A stretch of DNA of 57,837 nucleotides from Malacoraja senta (Eukaryota). The stretch is from NCBI GenBank assembly GCA_038087875.1, contig JAXLNO010000310.1, positions 1-57,837 on the forward strand, in the 5' to 3' direction. Both the position numbers and the translations under genes were made by a program. Below the pieces are notes generated by a model. That model saw only the letters and a list, made by a program, of their open reading frames with translations. It made no database searches and was not told the origin of the DNA. Below, piece by piece: positions 24,817 to 37,404 of this stretch. The stretch's first letter is position 1. Each line of letters opens with the position of its first letter.

Positions 24817-25392
24817 GAGGGAGTGCAGCGTAGGTTTACAAGGTTAATTCCCCGGGATGGCGGGACTGTCATATGCTGAGAGAATGGAGCAGCTGGGCTT
24901 GTACACTCTGGAGTTTAGAAGGATGAGAGGATATCTTATTGAAACATATAAGATTGTTAAGGGTTTGGACACGCTAGAGGCAGGAAACATCTTCCCGATG
25001 TTGGGGGAGTCCAGAACCAGGGGCCACAGTTTAAGAATAAGGGGTAAGCCGTTTAGAACGGAGACGAGGAAACACTTTTTCACACAGAGAGTGGTGAGTC
25101 TGTGGAATTCTCTGCCTCAGAGGGCGGTGGAGGCCGCTTCTCTGGATACTTTCAAGGGAGAGCTAGATAGGGCTCTTAAAGATAGCGGAGTCAGGGGTAT
25201 GGGTAGAAGGCAGGAACGGGGTACTGATTGGGGATGATCAGCCATGATCACATTGAATGGTGGTGCTGGCTCGAAGGGCCGAATGGCCTACTCCTGCACC
25301 TATTGTCTATTGTATATTGTCTATTGAATGGCGGTGCTGGCTAGAAGGGCCAAATGGCCTACTCCTGCACCTATTGTCTATTGTCTATTGTC
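24817..25392 (+). mobile_element. CR1 LINE 3' fragment with duplicated terminus
   Basis: ORF 24857-25237; TTGAATGG...CCTATTGTCTATTG occurs twice. Confidence 0.85.
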
Positions 25393-26252
25393 TGTAATGT
25401 AGCTGGGACATGTTGGCCGGTGTGGGCAAGTTGGGCTGAAGGGACTGTTTCCACACTGTATCACTTTACGACTCTATATCTGAAACCGCACTGATCCAAG
25501 TAGTGTCATTCGCCCTATCCTTCACAACGAAGAATCACTGAAATTGTTAACAATCTGGTCGTCTTTTTCGCTGAACTGTGTTAGCTGTGGTGTTAGGTTC
25601 TTGGATGTCACCACGGGTAGCTGGATGACAGCGAGCATTGAACTAGATACAATCAAGCCACAATTTGATTGAGGCCTCTCGACTTCTAGTAAGGCCTGGC
25701 ATCACCCCAGACTTCCATGGTGTAGATAATTGGTGGAAGGTCAGAAAGTTGGAGTAGCACAGACTTCACTTGTTCCCAGTCGAGTCTTGTATCAGTTTAG
25801 TTTAGTTTAGAGATACAGCACAGAAACAGGCCCCTTCGGCCCACCGAGTCCGCTCCGGCCAGCGATCACCCCATACACCAGCACTATCCTACACACACTG
25901 GGGACAAATTTTACATTTATACCAAGCCAATTAACCACGGGATAATGCTAGTGCACGGGGTGATTGCTCGGTGGCATGGACTCGATGGGCCGAAGGACCC
26001 ATTTTCATGCTGTATCTCTAAAGTATAGACAAGTCCTAATGTCTAAAGAGACAAGGAACCTCTCAAGATTGAAAAATAAAATGACCTTCCAATGATATTT
26101 CATTGGAATAAACATCTTGTAGATTCATATTGTAAACACATTCACGGGTGGCGGGTAGGCCCTGTGTTCGTGATCAATAAATGAAGATCACGGTGGCGCA
26201 GCGGTAGAGTTGCTGCCTCACAGCGCCAGAGATCCAAGTTCGATCCTGACCA

Positions 26253-27178
26253 ATATAGACAATAGACAATAGACAATAGATGCACGAGTAGGCCATTCGG
26301 CCTTTCGAGCCAGCACCGCCATTCAATGTGATCATGGCTGATCATCCCCAATCAGTACCCTGATCCTGCCTTCTCCCCATATCCCCAGACACCGCTAGCT
26401 TTAAGAGCCCTAACTAGGTATCTCTTGAAAGTATCCAGAGAACTTGCCTCCACTGCCCTCTGAGGCAGAGAATTCCACAGACTCACCACTCTATGTGAGA
26501 AAAAATGTTTCCTCGTCTCCGTTCTAAATGGCTTACTCCTTATTCCTAAACTGTGGCCCTGGTTCTGGACTCCCCCAACATCGGGAACATGTTTCCTGCC
26601 TCTAGCATGTGCAAACCCTTGACAATCTTATATGTTTCAAGAAGATTCCCTCTCATCCTTCTAAACTCCAGAGTGTACAAGCCCAGCCGCTCCATTCTCT
26701 CAGCATATGACAGTCCCGCCATCCCGGGAATTAATCTTGTAAACCTACGCTGCACTCCCTCAATAGCAAGAATGTCCTTCCTCAAATTAGGGGACCAAAA
26801 CTGCACACAATACTCCAGGTGTGGTCTCACTAGGGCTCTGTACAACTGCAGAATGATCTCATTGCTCCTATACTCGACTCCTCTTGTTATAAAGGCCAAC
26901 ATGCCATTCGCTTTCTTCACTGCCTGCTGTACCAGCATGCTTACTTTCATAGACTGCTGAACAAGGACCCCCAGATCCCGTTGTACTTCCCCTTTTCCCA
27001 ACTTGACGCCATTTAGATAGTAATCTGCCTTCCTGTTTTTGATACCAAAGTGGATAACCTCACATTTATCCGCATTAAACTTCATCTGCCATGCATCTGC
27101 CCACTCCCCCAACCTGTCCAAGTCACCCTGCATACACATATCATCCTCCTCACAGTTCACACTGCCACTCAGCTTTGT
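26253..27178 (-). mobile_element. CR1 LINE fragment nested in a SINE
   Basis: ORF 26546-27265 [23 protein letters not shown]...RDLGV...RPHLEYC; SINE head at 26188-26250 and SINE core resumes at ~27178. Confidence 0.9.
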
Positions 27179-27939
27179 GACTACGGGTGCTGTCTGTACG
27201 GAGTTTGTACGTTCTCCTTGTGACCTGCGTGGGTTTTCTCCGGGTGCTCCGGTTTCCTCCCACACTCCGAAGACATACCGTCCTGTAGGTTAATAGGCTT
27301 TGGTAAAATTGTAAATTGTCCCTAGTGTGTGTGGGATAGTGTGAGTGTCAGTGTGCGGGGATCGCTGGTCAGTGCCGACTCGGTGGGACGAGGGGCCTGT
27401 TTTCGTGCTGTATCTCTAAACTAAACTAGAAACTGAACTAAATTAACCTACAAAGCTGCATGTCTTTGGAGTGTGGGAGGAAACCGGAGCACCCGGAGAA
27501 AACCCACGCAGGTCACGGGGAGAAGGTACAAACTCCGTACAGACAGCACCCGTAGTCAGGATGGGACCCGGGTCTCTGGCGCTGTGAGGCAGCAACTCTA
27601 CCGCCGTGCCTCCGTGCTGACTCATTGAAAATTTCCAGCATACATTGGATTTTGAACATGTGATGTATGTGACGTTTTTGTCGAGGTTGTGCTTAGCCGT
27701 GGCCTGTCGCCACTCAACAGAACAAGCTTTGTGTATCTTGAGATGGGACCCTCATTACTGACATAAGATGCATCCATACACGACGGAATACCTCAATGAC
27801 TCGCTGCCACATCTTAACATGCCTGCACGCAATAGCATCAGCGGTAGCTTGCTTTCCTATTAGGGACAGACATGATGTTACAGGCAACATGAAAATGCAA
27901 TGAGACTCACCATAAAAACCATGGAGAAAGAAATATTCT

Positions 27940-28385
27940 CTTTATTCTGATGAAGCGCAGAAGGTTAAGAGGGGATTTGATAGAGGTCTTTAAAATTGTG
28001 AGCGGGTTAGACAGAGTGGACGTGGATAAGCTTTTCCCATTGACAGTAGGGAAGATTCAAACAAGGGGACATGACTTGAGAATTAAGGGACAGAAGTTTA
28101 GGGGTAACATTAGGGGGAACTTCTTTACTCAGAGAGTGGTAGCTGTGTGGAATGAGCTTCCAGTGGAAGTGGTGGAGGCAGGTTCGATGTTATCCTATAA
28201 AAATAGATTGGATGGGTATATGGACAGGAAAGGAATGGAGGGTTATGGTCTGAGTGCAGGTAGATGGGACTAGGGGGAAGTATTTATTTTTAATTTTAAA
28301 AAGAAATTTAAAAAAATGTTCGGCACGGACTTGAAGGGCCGAGATGGCCTGTTTCCGTGCTGTTATGGTTATATGGTTATATGGA
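27940..28385 (+). mobile_element. CR1 LINE 3' fragment, (GGTTATAT)n-tail subfamily
   Basis: ORF 27950-28273 RRRLRGDLIEVFKI...TRGH...FFTQRVVAVWNELP. Confidence 0.85.
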
Positions 28386-28424
28386 AGTGTCTCGACCCGA
28401 AGCATCACATATTCATATTCTTTA

Positions 28425-28590
28425 GAGATGCTGCCTGACCCACTGAGTTACTCCAGCACTCTGTGAAACATCACCTATCCGTGTTCTCCACAGATGCTGC
28501 CTGACCCGCTGAGTTACTCCAGCACTCTGTGAAACGTCACCTATCCGTGTTCTCCACAGATGCTGCCTGACCCGCTGAGTTATTCCAGCA
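28425..28590. repeat. 66-bp tandem array, opposite orientation (about 3 units)
   Basis: Reverse complement of the unit at 14519. Confidence 0.85.
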
Positions 28591-29302
28591 TTTTGTGTCT
28601 ATCTTCGGTGAAAACCAACATGTGCAGTTCTTTCTTGTACATGGACGTCACGGTGGCGCAGCGGTAGAGTTGCTGCCTCAAAGTGTCAGAGACCCGGGTT
28701 CGATCCCGACTACGGGCGCTGTCTGTGCGGAGTTTGTACGTTCTCCCCGTGACCTGCGTGGGTTTTTCTCCGGGATCTTCAGTTTCCCACACTCCAAAGG
28801 CGTGCAGGTTTGTAGGTTAATTGGCTCGGTGCAAATGTAAATAGTCCCCAGTGTGTGTAGGATAGGGCTACTTTTTCACATGAGCTGTATGGAATGAGCT
28901 GTCAGAGGAGGTAGTTGAAACGGGTGCTGAACCGTCCTATCAACAACTCGAGAGCGGTTCTGACCTCTCATCTACCTCATTGGAGATCTTCAGACTATCT
29001 TTAGACTCTAGATTTTAGACTTTAGGTTAATTGGCTGAGGTAAAATTGTAAATTGTCTCTAGTGTGTAGGATAGTGCTAGAGTACGGGGTGATCGCTGGT
29101 CGAAGGCCAGAGGGCCTGTTTCTGCATTGTACCTCTAAATTAAACTAAACTAAACTTAAATACAGCTCCGAGTCATGTCAAGGGTCAAGAGTCTGGAGTC
29201 GAGAGTGTTTTATTGTCATGTGTCCCAGATAGAACAATGACATCTTGTGTTGTGCAGCAGCACTAGGCTATATGTAAACCAGTATAATGAACGAGAAAAA
29301 AG

Positions 29303-29550
<248 letters not shown>

Positions 29551-30535
29551 TTAAATGCAAACAAACAATAATAATGCAGAAAGACAAAACTGATGCATAA
29601 AACTCTGTGCAGCCAGCACCCAAGGTCAGGATCGAACCTGGGACTCTGGCGCTGTGAGATAGCGGCTCCGTAGCTGCCCTACTCTTCTACCCTTTTTTGC
29701 AAACCCAGTGGCGCAGCGGTAGAGTTGCTGCCTCACAGCGCCAGAGACCCGGGTTCCATCCCGACTACGGGTGCTGTCTGTACGGAGTTTGTACGTTGTC
29801 CCCGTGACCCGCGTGGGTTTTCTCTCCGAGATCTCCGGTTTCCACCCACACTCCAAAGACGTGCAGGTTTGTTGGTAAATGTAAAAAAATTGTCCCTGGT
29901 GTGATGATGATGGTATGATGATGAACAGCCATGATCACATTGAATGGCGGTGCTGGCTCGAAGGGCCGAATGGCCTACTCCTGCACCTATTGTCTATTGT
30001 CTAAGATCAAAGTCAATAGAATCTTGTCTATTGTCTAAGATCAAAGTCAATGTGGGGATCGCTGGTCGGCATGGACTCAGTGGGCCAAAGGCACTGTTTC
30101 CCTGCTGTATTATCTGAACCAAACTAAATTAATAGGTCTTGAATCCAAACCATCCACTTTGAGAGCCATTGCTACTGCCTGATAACACTACCGATCTGGA
30201 AGTTACATAAACCACCTTCTTGCAACTCCATCAGGGAGACAGCAGCATCAATCACTATTGCTAATAAGACCCAGTCTAGGGAGACAATAAGCAAAGCTGG
30301 GACATGGCCAGCAGCAGTTCCAGCAATATAAAGCTGCAAGGAAGATCAGGTCATGAGGACCTTAGCAAGAGGGAGGGGTTTGTCTCGGACTCTATACCTT
30401 AGAGCGCAGGTGGCTGAGGGGGTGACAGGTTACAGGGTTTTAGACTACAGTTCAGTTTAGTTTATTGTCACGTGTACCGAGGTACAGTGAAAAGCTTTTG
30501 TTGCGTGCTGTCTAGTCAGCGGAAAGACAATACAT

Positions 30536-30904
30536 CAGGGGTCGGCAACCTGCGGCCCCCGGGCCGAATGCGGCCCTTAACCCGAAATCATCCGGCCCGC
30601 CGAGCGCCGAGCGCGGCCGCCCACCTTCTGTGATCACGTTTAAGAAAGAACTGCAGATGCTGGAAAAATAGACAAAAATGCTGGAGAAACTCAGCGGGTG
30701 AGACATGCGAGGATCGCACGAGGCTGCCTCATCCGCTGAGTTTCTCCAGCATTTTTGTCTACCTTCTGTGAACACGTGATTTGATGCCTGCCATCCGGGG
30801 CGGGATGGGGGCGGGATCCATATGTACACGTGATAGATGTGGCCCGCCATCTGCTCACAGACATGCGTCCCGGCCCCTACGCAGAACAAGATTGCCCACC
30901 CCTG
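30536..30904. mobile_element. hAT (Charlie-like) MITE containing a nested Penelope-derived fold-back piece
   Basis: TIR CAGGGGTCGGCAAC / ATTGCCCACCCCTG; perfect 8-bp TSD CAATACAT at 30528-30535 and 30905-30912; GCGGCCC subterminal motifs. Confidence 0.85.
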
Positions 30905-30991
30905 CAATACATTATTACAATCGAGCCGTCCACAGTGTACAGATACAGGATAAGGGAATATCGTTTAGTGCGAGGTAAACCCAGGAACGTC

Positions 30992-31126
30992 CGATCAAAG
31001 ATAGTCACCAATGAGATAGATAGTAGTTCAGGACTACTCTGGTTGTGGTAGGATGGTTGTGGTAGGATCGTCTCTCACACCCCCCGCTGCTGAAAGACTC
31101 ATCCATGCCTTCATCTCCTCCCGACT
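30992..31126. repeat. 135-bp direct duplication flanking the L1 element (left copy)
   Basis: Identical by eye to 37405-37539. Confidence 0.9.
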
Positions 31127-31431
31127 TTTTAAACTTTAAGAAAGAAAAAGAAAGAAGTAAGAAAAGTGAAGAAAGTGCGCAAAGGTTGTGAAGTGCAAAA
31201 GAGTGTTGGGAAAAGAAAGCCCCTTAGAAAAGAGGTTAGAGAAGGAAGTAAAGTTAGAAAATAGACCCTAGAAAAAAAAAGAGAAAGAAGGAACAATCGC
31301 TCTATTATAACTCTTATACCATACTTCATAGAGAAGGAACTACCAACCAAGTCTGTTTTTATTTTACCTCCCATTACCAGGTCCAGATACCTTTTATTTA
31401 TTTATTTGTTTTTCTAAATTACTATTGCACC

Positions 31432-34400
31432 TCATGCTTGTAATAGGTCCAAAAACGTAGACCACGTCTTTTGAAATTGATCTACTTTGCCTACTAGGAG
31501 GAATCTCATCTCTTCCAGATGTAATGTTTCCAACATATTTGATGTCCACATTTTTATTGTTGGTGTGGGCGCATTTTTCCAGAATTTAAGTATAAGCTTT
31601 TTTCCCATTATTAGCCCATAATTGAGTAAATTCTTCTGATACACGTTTAATTCAGGAATACCTTCCGATATTCCAAAAATAATCCATTCTGGTTTTGGTA
31701 CCAGTTTTATTTTGATTAATTTTGAAAAAATATCAAATATTTCAAACCAGAATTTTTGGATTTTTGTACAAAAAACAAAAGAATGTGCTATGGTAGCTTC
31801 TTGACATATACATTTATCACAGATTGGTGAGACGTTAGGAAAGATTTTATTTAGTTTGGTTTTTGAATAATATAATCTATGTAATGTTTTAAATTGGATA
31901 AGCGTATGTCGTACGTTGATCGAGCATTTATGCACCTGTAATAAAGGATTATCCCAACTCTCTTTTGAAATTTTTATACCTAGATCTTGTTCCCAATCTC
32001 TTCTAATTCCATCTGTTGTGGGTATTTCTATATTTAAGATGATATTATATAAGTATGATATTAAATTAACTGATTCCGCCTTTGTCTTCATTGCTTCATC
32101 TAGTAAGTCGGAAGGCATATTATAATAATCTTTTGTGTGTGTTTTCAAATAGTCACAGATTTGTATATATTTAAAATATTGATTATTTTTCAAATTATAT
32201 TTCAGTTGTAGTTGTTGGAATGATAGTAATTTTTCTAATTCATACAGATCTTCGAGCGTTTTAATTCCCATTCTTTCCCATTGTATAAATGCTTTATCTA
32301 TGATTGAAGGTTTAAACGATGGGTTATTGACTATTGGTATTAAGAGAGATAGGTTTCTTAATTTTAGATTCTGTTTTATTTGCTTCCATGTTCTAATAGT
32401 GCTATATATAATTGGATTTTTATTATAATTTTTATTATTCAAATTTATTGGAGAGAGAATAATCGCTCCTATATTATTCGGGGAGCAATCCCCTTTTTCC
32501 ATTATAATCCAGTCCACCTGCTGGGCAGAATTGTCCAGCAGGTGAATCATATTTTTAATATTTACTGCCCAGTTATAATACATAAAGTTAGGGAGCGCTA
32601 GACCCCCCAACTCTTTTCGTTTGTTAAGGTGTGTTCTTTGTATTCTGTGGGATTTGTAATCCCATATAAAATTTGTAATGTCTGAGTCCAGTTTTTTGAA
32701 AAACTTTTTTGGGAGATATATAGGTATTGATTGAAATAGGTAAAGGATTTGTGGTAAGAAAATCATTTTTATAGCATTTATCCTACCTATTAAGGACATC
32801 GGAAGTGTTTTCCAAAATTTAATCAGATTATTTAATTTCTTAAGTAGGGGATTATAATTAGCTTTAAACATATCATGGTAATTTCTAGTAATCTCAATTC
32901 CTAAATATTTGAATTTTTCCATAGCTATTTTAAAAGGGAATTTCCTGAGATGTGTTGAGTCTTTTGGTTTAATCGACATAATTTCACTTTTGTTCCAATT
33001 TATTCTATATCCTGAAAAGGATCCAAAGTCCTCAATTAAGTTTAATATATTTGGTATACTAATTTGTGGTTTTGTGATGTACAGTAGTACATCATCAGCA
33101 TATAGGGATAGTTTGTTGTTTGAATATTTTGTGTTATAACCGTGAATATTCGAGTGTGTTCTTATTTTTTCAGCAAGGGGTTCAATTACCAAAGCAAATA
33201 ACAGCGGTGATAGTGAACATCCTTGTCTGTTGCCCCTAGATAATTCGAATTTTGAAGATAATATATTATTAGTTAGTATTCTAGCCGTAGGTTTGTTATA
33301 TAGTAGTTTTATCCATGCAATAAAGTTTTCTCCCAATTGGAATTTTTGCAATACTTTGATCATATAGTCCCATTCTACTTGATCAAACGCTTTTTTCTGC
33401 GTCCAGTGAGATGATAGCTAACTCTTGGTCATAAGATTTATGTGAATGCATTATGTTAAGCAAACGTCTCAAATTATTAAATGAGTGTCTCTTAGGTATA
33501 AATCCTGTTTGATCCTCATGTATTAGTCTACTAACATACTTGCTTAATCTATTGGCTAATGTTTTTGCTATTATTTTCTGATCCGTATTTAACAAAGCAA
33601 TAGCTCTATATGATCCTGGTTCTTCTATATTTTTATCTTTTTTAAGTATTAATATGATCGTTGATTCCGCTAGTGTTTCAGGTAGGTTTTGCTCTTTATA
33701 AGCATATGTATACATTTTTTGTAATCGTGGAGTAACTATATCATAAAAAGATTTATAAAATTCATTACTGAATCCGTCTGGTCCTGGTGTTTTTCCATTT
33801 TTTAGTGTTTTTATTGTGTCTTCTATCTCCTTAGAAGTAATTTGTGCTCCCAGTTCCTCTTGTTCCCTGCGTTCTAATTGTGGTAGATTACAATTATCTA
33901 AAAATTCTGAGATTTTATTATTGTCTATTGACGTTTTAGATGTGTATAGATTCTGGTAAAATTGAGCAAATCTTTTATTAATATCCTTGGGTAGTGTTAA
34001 TACTTCCCCTCTATCTGATTTAATCTTTAATATTGCATTCTCTTTTTCCCGTTTTTTAAGTTGTCGTGCTAGAAGTTTGTGGGGTTTGTCCCCGAATTCG
34101 AAGTGTTCTTGTTTTGTGATTTGAAATAATGTTATAACTTTCTCTGACAGTAATTTATTTAACTGAAATTTCAGTAGTAGTATTTTGTTATGTTTATCCA
34201 TAGTTGGGTCTTTAGCATTATCTATATCTAACTGTTTTATTTGATCTTCTAAGTGTCTTTGTTCATTCTTATTCTTTTTATTTTGATAAGCTTGAAATGA
34301 AATAATGACTCCTCTTATAAATGCTTTGAAGGATTCCCATAATAACGTGGGGGATATCTCTGGTGTATCATTTAACTCAAAAAATAGATCCATCTGTTTT

Positions 34401-35221
34401 TTTAGATAGATACTCCCTTGAGGGTCTTTTAAAATTTGTGAGTTAAACCTCCAGAACGGTTTATTCATAGACATTCCTTCTAGTTTTAGAACAAAAGTTA
34501 ACGGAGAATGATCTGAGATCGCATTAATATGATATTTAGGATTCAAAGATTGCGAAATTAATTTTGTATCCACTAGAAAATAGTCTATCCGTGAATATGT
34601 TTTATGCACCATTGAATAAAACGAGTAATCCCTTCCCGTCGGGTTTGCAATCCTCCATACATCTGTTATATTTGTGTTTTCCATATATGTGTGTAAGAGT
34701 TCACTGGTTTTAGATTTCGTCTGACCTTTTTGTTTTTGCATCGATTTATCTAAATAAGGATCTAAAACACAATTAAAATCTCCTCCGATTATAACATTTT
34801 GATAATTAGATTCTGCAATTATATTCAGAATTTTATTAAAAAATTGAGGGTTATCAAAGTTGGGCGCATATATGTTTACCAGCGTAATTGGCATATTATT
34901 GATCTCCCCTGCTACTATAAGATATCTCCCTTCCTTATCTAAAATAGTGTTCTTTGATTTAAATGGAATTCCTTTACGAATAATAATTGCAGTACCTCTA
35001 GATTTGGAGGTAAATGAAGAGTGAAATGTTTGGCCTATCCAGTTCGCCCTCAGTCTTGTCTGATCTTGCTGTTTAAGATGTGTTTCCTGTAGAAACGCTA
35101 TGTCCGTGTTGTATGATTTCAACTGAGCTAGTATCTTGCCCCTTTTAATAGGTTCATTAATCCCCCTTATATTCCCAACTACATAATGTGATTCCTCCTA
35201 TTTTCTTTTGATTGTCGTCAT
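31432..35221 (-). CDS. L1 ORF2p (APE endonuclease + reverse transcriptase + C-terminal Cys/His motif), broken by homopolymer frameshifts
   Basis: EN motifs LQETH, NIYAPN, GGDFN, SRIDY, SDHSP; RT motifs PGPDG, QTGF, SLDAEK(AFD), RQGCSLSPLLF, YADD, KYLGI; C-terminal CDKC...HSFVFC. ORFs 33383-35122 and 31432-33363 join if one T is removed from the run at 33391-33396; likely ATG at 35219-35221. Confidence 0.9.
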
Positions 35222-35684
35222 GCATTTTTACCAATTTTAATGACCTTAATTATTGTGGTGCGTTCATACCTCCGGACTCTGGTTATTTTGGGAGTATTTC
35301 TATTATAGACTTCCTTGGTAGTTCTCCTGCGCGATTGTCCTTGAAGAAAAAACACACAGATGTGACATATTGTGATTAAAAAAAAATATATATATAAATC
35401 AAATAAATTTACGGTGTCTAAAATTTCAACACCGTAGTGAGTGGCCCACTCGTCTGTGGGGTACGACATCCATAACGCTTCCGGCGTAGTTGGTATAAAG
35501 TTAGCCCCGCTGTATTTATTACCCAAAATCTATGGGGTCATTACCGTTTCCAATTCAGTTCTATTTCACCCAGTTACAATTTATATATATGTCAAATGTA
35601 TTCGATTCCATATCCTACTCACTCTTTATCTCTTAACTATTTTAAAATGAATTTAGTATTGTTAAAGTGAGCGGTTTACTGAGT

Positions 35685-35903
35685 GGATTAACCGGAGTCA
35701 GGTTCCTGGAATTGTGCCAGGTGCCTGATCTCCTCTCCTCTCCACGAGCTGCGAACATAGGTGATAACTGCTGTCTGCGTTATGACGCAGGCACCACAGT
35801 TTTATCAGTTTCAAATATTATTTCTATATTAGTATTGTTAATTATTAATTATGATTAATTCTCAGCATTTTGTAAAACTATATAAGCCGTGTATATTTTT
35901 CAT
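35685..35903 (+). repeat. Inverted repeat arm 1 (immediately upstream of L1 ORF1)
   Basis: Collinear reverse-complement similarity to 37171-37398, including exact 25-mer TATTTCTATATTAGTATTGTTAATT (35819-35843 vs 37240-37264). Confidence 0.85.
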
Positions 35904-35941
35904 ATCAACCTCGAGTGTATATTATCTCTTAACCATTTTAA

Positions 35942-36935
35942 ATGAAAAGTACATCTCCAGGTCAGAGCCCACAGAGGAAAATTTCAAAACATCTGCTGAA
36001 GACTCTGGAACAGCAAGAAACTTCAGAACTGACCTCTGGAGAGGTCTCTGGAATGGCTACTCGATCTGCAAAAGAGAAAACCGAAATGGAGGACTTAAGA
36101 AACTCGGTAAGAGATATCAAAAATGATATGGAAGCTGGGAACAGTAAATTGATAGCCGGTAATGATAAAATACTTGAGGGTATTGAGCTCTCCAAAAAAG
36201 AATTGAAGGTGTGGAAAAAGGACTATCGATAAAAATTGAAAAGGTGGCAGAAGAGACCACAAAGATGTTTGAGGCTGTGCACGAAACTGTGGCTGCAAAT
36301 GCATCTGCAGTGAATGATTTGGAAGCTGCTGTGGAAGTGATGGCTGGAGAGATGCAGACTATGAAGTCAGAAATAGATAGTCTCAAGAACCAAGTCACAA
36401 AGGTTTCGAATAAATGTGTTGACCTAGAAGCTCGCTCAAGACGTCAAAATATAAGAATACGTGGTGTAAAAGAGGGAGCTGAGGGGACAATGTTTGTGAG
36501 TTCGCTGCCAACCTAATTAAACACGTACTGAAGCTACCAGAAGTACCTGTAATTGAAGTAGCACATCGACTCCCCAGATTTAAATCAAGATCTCAAGGAG
36601 AACGTGCCTACCCACGACAGATCATAATTAAACTTCGGGATATCTCAACAATGGAAGCGCTGATGAAAAAAATCAACCACGGAGAGAAGATGATGTACAG
36701 AGGTGATACTATTAAACTCCTACGGGACTACCCTTATGAGATTGAGCAAAAGAGAAGAAAGTTCTCACAGACCAGAGAAGTTCTTTATGGTGTTAAGGGA
36801 GTTTTGTGTGGAGTGTTTTATCCGGCTAGAATGCGTATCACCTTTGAGGGAGTGTCAAAAACATTCACTAATTCGGATGAATCTCTCAAATACGCTCAAG
36901 AAATCGCGACTAAGGCTGCATCAACTGGAGACTGA
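35942..36935 (+). CDS. L1 ORF1p (coiled coil + RRM + CTD), broken by two homopolymer frameshifts
   Basis: Heptad-like region, then DLEARSRRQNIRIRGVKEG, IEVAHR, PRQIIIKL, YRGDTIKLLRDYP and FYPARMRITFEG, typical of vertebrate L1 ORF1p; pieces join at A-run 36194-36199 and G-run 36483-36486; start could be 35942 or 36053. Confidence 0.85.
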
Positions 36936-37170
36936 AAACCAAGACGACATGAACAAACGAACTTGCTTATTCTTCCAACAAGAGTATCACAAGGAAAGTG
37001 AATTAACTGAACACTGATTTTTTATTTTTTATTTGACTTCAAGCAACAGATTCTTAGTGAGACGTGGCTAGACATTATTATCTTCGCTGGAACATTGTGC
37101 TATGTAATTCAAGGACACTACGTGCTCAAACGAGGAAAACCTGATAACGGGACGAACTGCTGGGCTGAGA

Positions 37171-37398
37171 GTGAAAAACATCACATGGCTTATATTGTTT
37201 ATAAAAAACTGAAAAAACTGAGAACTAATAATAATTAACAATTAACAATACTAATATAGAAATAGCAATTGAAATAGATAAAAAATGTGCAGTCTGCTCT
37301 GTTTAGCAGATAACAGCAAGTGCTATGCAGCTCGAGAGTGGAGGGAGGGGGAGACCGGGTACCTGGCATAACTCCAGGAGCCAGACTCCCGTTAACCC
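37171..37398 (-). repeat. Inverted repeat arm 2 (outer end of the L1 element)
   Basis: Minus strand reads GGGTTAACGGGAGTCTGGCTCCTGGAGTTATGCCAGGTACC..., versus arm 1 GGATTAACCGGAGTCAGGTTCCTGGAATTGTGCCAGGTGCC... Confidence 0.85.
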
Positions 37399-37404
37399 TT
37401 CCAG

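Larger units (their letters stand above)
31127..37404 (-). mobile_element. L1-clade LINE, apparently full-length, with ORF1 antisense to ORF2
   Basis: Bounded by the 135-bp duplication; short A-run at the 3' end (T-run 31126-31130); ORF2 on minus, ORF1 on plus; AT-rich block distinct from its flanks. Confidence 0.9.

Noticed and set aside
35685..37398. Independent DNA transposon (TIRs plus transposase) inserted next to an L1
   Set aside because: The enclosed ORF has L1 ORF1p motifs and no recognisable DDE catalytic domain, no TSD is seen around the arms, and the adjacent ORF2 otherwise lacks an ORF1. Not fully excluded without a genome search.
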